DNA from: Octopus bimaculoides
Taxonomy: Eukaryota
Length of the DNA: 42,955 bases
Direction: 5' to 3'
Assembly: GCF_001194135.2 (NCBI RefSeq)
Contig: NC_068985.1
Coordinates: 72,602,655-72,645,609 of the forward strand
Every line of letters starts with the position of its first letter. Position 1 is the stretch's first letter. The notes beneath the pieces are model-generated. The model made no database searches. It was not told the origin of the DNA and saw only the letters and a list, made by a program, of their open reading frames with translations. Positions 37,877 through 42,955 of the stretch are shown here, one piece after another. The position numbers and the translations under genes are program-made.

Positions 37877-38836
37877 GATACACACACACCTATGGGATAA
37901 AAAAGAGGGATCATCTGGACTAGTTACAATCCTGTGCTAGGAATTCATCAGAGACTGAGCACTCTCTTTGACTGACTATGCATAGTCTTGGTCAAAATCT
38001 ATCGATATTTTCGTTAATACAGATTAGCAACGAAAGCAAAAACTGTTAACGCACCAGTAATCTATTAACATACATAGAGGATTATGTTTGTTTATATATG
38101 TAAATAGACATAGAAAACATGAGTGTGAGTGTGTATGTATAATAACTTAAAAGGCTGTTTAATTCTATAGAATTGATAACAATATCGCTTACTTAAGTTA
38201 ATTACATCTCTTTGATTTGTCTATATAATGTTTATGCATAGACATACACCCACACGAAAACATGCACACACACACACACGCACACAAAAGGTTGTGTCTG
38301 GTGCTTTTGGTGGCCATTGAGAATCAAAGTAAGTTTATATCATCGATTTTTTATATATTACTCTCATAAATATAATTATAAGTAAATGTTGACAAGTTTA
38401 TTATATTTGTGAATGCTTGGTCGTCTTTATATAAATATAATAGCAATTTTGGCCAAACATAAACAGTTCAGTAACTAGAAGCAATCGATCCTTTTTTTTT
38501 TCTTTTTGCCCAGCCAGTTGAGTCACACTTTTCTGGCTTACATCGAATGTTTTTGTTATTGTTTATTATTGGCTTCGTGGGGGAAGAAAATGGCAGTGTT
38601 CATTATCCTTTTGCAGCACCTCCATAAATGTTTGAGGAAAACGAGGAAGAAATCCTTACTCAGAGACCTTTGTGCAGCCGTTTGTAATCCAGTAGAATAC
38701 TCTAAAGGCACCCAAAAACCTAGTGGTAGTGCTAAATCGGGCGACGGGTTAAGTTTATTACCGAAGAAGCGATAAAATCCATCTTACACACATCCACACA
38801 ATTTCCATTTACACATGAACACACGCACGCGCGCAC

Positions 38837-38904
<68 letters not shown>

Positions 38905-38937
38905 GTCTATCTATCTGTCTGTCTATCTATCTATCTA
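38837..38937. repeat. (ATCT)n microsatellite
   Basis: Direct reading. Confidence 0.97.
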
Positions 38938-39089
38938 TACGCGTGCGTGTAGACACACATACAGATGTACGTACAGACATGTATACATATACAGATACGG
39001 ATACACAGAAATAATGACGCTGGATAATAACGGTTTCAAACCAAAACAAGAAATCGAATAAGAAATAAATGTTACATACACTAACAATC

Positions 39090-39450
39090 AAATCACTCGC
39101 CCAGCCTCTTGAAAGACTTGGTTGACAACATTGGTAAACGGGTTTTCTTCATATCTTCGAAAGAAGATGTTTTTATGGGGAGTAAATGGATATTATGATA
39201 AAACTCAGAAATAGTGAATTCTATGACAAGGTTGGAAATGAAAAAAAAAAAAAAACACTGAGAATACACTGTCAATTCAAGAATAGAAACAGAAAGTGGA
39301 ACATTTTAATTAATCTAATGGAAAGAATTAATAGAGACAGGAAATTCCTAAATTTTATAATCTCTCTTACTACAGTTATGCCGGGACATAAGTGTTGTAA
39401 GATATTAAATATGAACTGTCTTAAGGTTAGTTATTCAGCTCATAAGAAGA
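39090..39450 (+). mobile_element. Penelope-like element fragment (RT thumb/linker)
   Basis: HSPSLLKDLVDNIGKR..SSKEDVF (HPPSI..NI..R), RNRKWNIL, RKFLN, GHKCCKILNMNCLKVSYS; parallels the 9137 element. Confidence 0.7.
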
Positions 39451-39618
39451 TTTATATATAAGACACAACCATACAGTATCGGCAGGTTTAAATCGAAAAT
39501 ACGGCACGATCTGAGAGTAAAAAATTAAGAATTTTGTTTCAAGGAAGTGACTGTTTGAACAAAAACAACAAAAAAAAAAGAGAAGATGAGCTGCCAGTAA
39601 CCTGTATGTATAGAGCTA

Positions 39619-40509
39619 CGAAGTGCATTCCAGAAGTTTTGAGACTTTTTAGGAGAGGCAGTTATAATTTTCCTAGATCATTGTAATTTTCGTATATCAT
39701 TACTATACATCTAATAAACTGATCTGCCAACTTTTGTAATTCCAGATTGAAGGGGATGGCTGCAACAACACTTTGAACACATCATCCTAAACCCTGCTTA
39801 TCACGGCTGATTTGTTTACAGAATTCAATCGAGACGTTTGGAAGGTCGCCATACAATAAAGTTTTGTGTTAAACTAGGGATAAGTGCATATGAAAAACTC
39901 CAGACTGATAATGGATTAAATTTTTGCTGGCACAAGAGGTTCAAGGATAGTAGAGGGGAAGTGAGACACTATGAGAGGAGAGGTGTGAGAGAAAAGAGAC
40001 ATCAGAATATTAGAGTTGGTTGAGAAAATTTGCAGTTATCTGGATGAAGATCGTTGTGCGTCTATAAGGACAGTAAGCATACGGTTTGGATTCGGTGTGG
40101 TAACTGTACACAGAATTATTCATGAAGATCTCAACATGCACAAAATTTGTGCAATGTTTCTTTTCAGGGTGCTTAGTGACGTACATCCCGGTAACCGATA
40201 GAGATGAGCAACAAAACTGTCCCCCACCATTTCTGTAGTCCAGACCTTGCACCCTGTGACTTTTAGTTGTTTCCCAAGCTGAAGGAGAACCCTAGGGGAA
40301 GTCGGTTTGAAGATGAAGGAAGCTGTGACAAGGGTCCTGAATACCTTGACTTTGGAGGACTTCCATGTAACCTTCACGAAGTCGATGGAGCACTACAAGT
40401 GCATTAAAGTCAGAAGATCCTATTTTGAAGGAGATTAGGATTTTGTACTCATTTGAAATTAATAAATGTCTCTTCTGGTAAAGTCTGAAAATTTCTGGAA
40501 TGCACCTTG
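39619..40509 (+). mobile_element. Internally deleted mariner with both TIRs and TA TSD (891 bp)
   Basis: 28-bp TIRs CGAAGTGCATTCCAGAAGTTTTGAGACT / AGTCTGAAAATTTCTGGAATGCACCTTG (24/28). TA at 39617-18 and 40510-11. Translation R.TIKFCVKLG, TVHRIIHEDLNMHKICA, then jumps to SPDLAPCDF.LFPKLK. Confidence 0.92.
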
Positions 40510-40981
40510 TAGTATCTTTTGTATAAGTTTTGACCTGTTTCTTAAACAAAAACAAAATGTTGGTCTCAAAGTGTTACAAAACAAATGTTTCTCAAGTATT
40601 GCTAAAACAACAATGTAATTTCATGAGATGACAGTCTTTAGAGTGACAGTCTTGTATGACGTTTAAAAGTTGAATGCAATGATAAGTTTTTAAGTGTTAA
40701 AAGTGAAACGAAACTTACTTAAACGTGTGCTTGAAGCAGCTGTTTACACACGTATTAATCACAAGATTTTTTGAAGTTCATAAAGTGTTTTCTTCATAGT
40801 TTTCGTATAGCATTCCAAAATATATCCATGCAGTAAGCAATTCAAAATAAACAGGCATAAAAGAGAGCAGAAACATGATACTCAGTAGTTTGGCAATAAA
40901 GTGACAATCAGTTGACTTTTGTAATTTATCGATTCTTGGTGATTCAAAAGAAATTTATACATGCATGCATGTATATACTTA

Positions 40982-41027
40982 CATCCATCCATCCATTCAT
41001 CCATCCGTCCATCCATCCATCCATCCA

Positions 41028-41057
<30 letters not shown>
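40982..41057. repeat. (CCAT)n grading into (CATA)n microsatellite
   Basis: Direct reading. Confidence 0.97.
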
Positions 41058-41058
<1 letters not shown>

Positions 41059-41062
41059 GTAC

Positions 41063-41576
41063 TATCATAGAGGTTAGCTGCCCTGCAGATATAAATATCT
41101 CTGAAAATCAAAGAAAAAGAGGATTTCTATGAATAACTGCTACGAAACCTCCAGCTTCTATATTTAGACTATGAATTCAAACTCATACCAATAATAACTG
41201 GAGCACTAGGTTTTGTTAGTAAATACTTAAAGGAGAAGCTGGATAAACTAGGATTTTTAGAAAGAAAACTGACTGGCTGGTTCGTACATTACAAGTGCAA
41301 TCTGTGAGTGGAACAGTAAAAATATGCAAGACTTTTCTCAAGTTCCAAATGTGAATTTGTCTGTGTTAACTACATCTCAAAGATGGAGCCTTGTATCTTT
41401 GTTGGAAATCGGCCCCCTCCTCAGTGGAAGATCTTTAATAATTAAAAAATAGAAGAGACATGCATATGAAAATACCGTGTTGGTGTTGTGAAATCCCAAT
41501 GAAGGAGACTTGGATTTAGGTTAGAATCCGGCTCTTTCTCTATTGGCAGGAGATCTTGAAATAAAACTGAATAATG
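41063..41576 (+). mobile_element. R4/Dong-like LINE copy 4: 5'-truncated RLE C-terminus plus full 3' UTR
   Basis: 41063-41353 is colinear with copy 3 (13873-14163): IIEVSCPADINIS..LRNLQLLY..TGALG..KTFLKFQM* (TGA 41352-54). The UTR ends GAAATAAAACTGAATAATG, followed by ACAT repeats. Confidence 0.9.
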
Positions 41577-41683
41577 ACATACATATACAAACATACATAC
41601 ATGTGTGTATGTGTGCGTTGCGCGCGCGCGCGCGCGTGTGTGTGCGTGCGTGCGTGCGTGCGTGTGCGTGTGCGTGTGTGTGC

Positions 41684-41715
<32 letters not shown>

Positions 41716-41902
41716 ATATGTAAATATGTGTATATACTTATATGGGTGAGTGACTGTATATCTATCTATTTATCTATCTATTTATGCATCTATCTGTCTA
41801 TCTATCAATCTATCTATCTCTACGTATATATATGTATGTATATATATTATATTATATATATATGTATATATATACACACACACACGCACGCACACACACA
41901 CG

Positions 41903-41939
<37 letters not shown>

Positions 41940-42300
41940 ACATGTGTGAATGCTATAGTAAAATCAGATGTGCATGTTTAAACGTGTAGATTGGTTCGAG
42001 GCTTTTGTGCGCTTCTGCTTGTGTATGAGTTTGCAAGTATTTGCTTTTGTGTATGTACGCAATTGTGCTTTTGGGTGTACATTCATACAAAATTTAGTAT
42101 ATACTAACCTTAAGATAATTGGAGACTAATTAGTAACTTCAAGTATGTTTTTGCTTTAAAATCTTCCATGTGCTCTTTCTTTGTCAGTTACACGCGCGCA
42201 CGCACACATACACACACACACACGCACACAAACACACACACATGTATATATACATACATATATGTATCTATATACCTTTCTATGCATATATATATGTGTA

Positions 42301-42302
<2 letters not shown>

Positions 42303-42378
<76 letters not shown>
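42303..42378. repeat. (TA)n microsatellite
   Basis: Direct reading. Confidence 0.97.
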
Positions 42379-42381
<3 letters not shown>

Positions 42382-42766
42382 AACGGCGTTATTACTATTC
42401 TTTAACCCCAGGAGAACACCTTTTACAGCTGGTTAACTAAACAAACATTTGTCGATATATTTAAAGAGGGGAGCCTCTAGCGGACAGGTGTTCAATACTA
42501 AGGAAGATCAAATAACCTGAATCCAGGCTGGTCTGCTGGTCCTGTCAAATCGCTAGATGGTAGGGGTTCGCTCCCTTGCCTGCAATATATTGGACACAGA
42601 TTGTGTCGCTAACCAGCTGGAGAGGGTTTCTACTGAGCTGGGGTTAGAAAACAGTAGTGGCGCCGTTCCGTCCGGAACAGCCATGTTGAAGTGACAAGAA
42701 ATATTACTTTTCAGTATTGTTAGTACTTGCATCTCTTATAGAGATTTTAGAACTAGCTACTTTGCT

Positions 42767-42805
<39 letters not shown>

Positions 42806-42955
42806 ACATACACACATGTATATATGTATATATATAATATATCTATATCGACATATGCAATAGAAGCCACTTTTAGGCTAAAATCCTTAAGCCTGTTGTA
42901 TATAAATGTACATTCATACACAAATAGGTACATAGATACATATGTAAACATATAT

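Noticed and set aside
38491-38775. Strong polypyrimidine tract + CAG followed by an 89-codon ORF
   Set aside because: No recognisable domain, no clear donor site and no other exons; cannot be supported as a host exon.
42420-42700. GC-richer segment starting GGGGAGCCTCT, like the family D head
   Set aside because: Similarity ends after about 11 bp; probably another repeat, but unassignable here.

Overview
AT-rich eukaryotic (metazoan) genomic DNA from a short-read draft assembly. It has 12 N-gaps totalling about 5.7 kb, most of them next to microsatellites. The SINE families and very high microsatellite load suggest a coleoid cephalopod such as Octopus (inference only). I found no host protein-coding exon, rRNA, true tRNA gene or CRISPR array that I can support. 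The window is a transposable-element graveyard. It holds five fragments of RLE-type (R4/Dong-like) LINEs, a Tx1/L1-clade LINE, two Penelope-like elements (one with RT and GIY-YIG), four mariner derivatives (one a foldback), a Helitron 3' end, tRNA-derived SINEs of three families plus a fourth short dispersed repeat, and a young 904-bp TIR element encoding a SAP + partial SWIM protein (ISL2EU/Kolobok-type accessory gene). Most ORF-track entries are microsatellite or N-gap artefacts. The best leads are: (1) strand-polarised insertion of the R4/Dong-like family into (CATA)n microsatellites; (2) the SAP-SWIM mini-transposon with perfect TIRs; (3) the foldback mariner; (4) a Helitron with a duplicated terminator hairpin; (5) a possible degenerate hammerhead ribozyme after the Penelope ORF; (6) an orphan minus-strand ORF carrying an in-frame 20-bp minisatellite. 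None of these is shown to be a new system from sequence alone.
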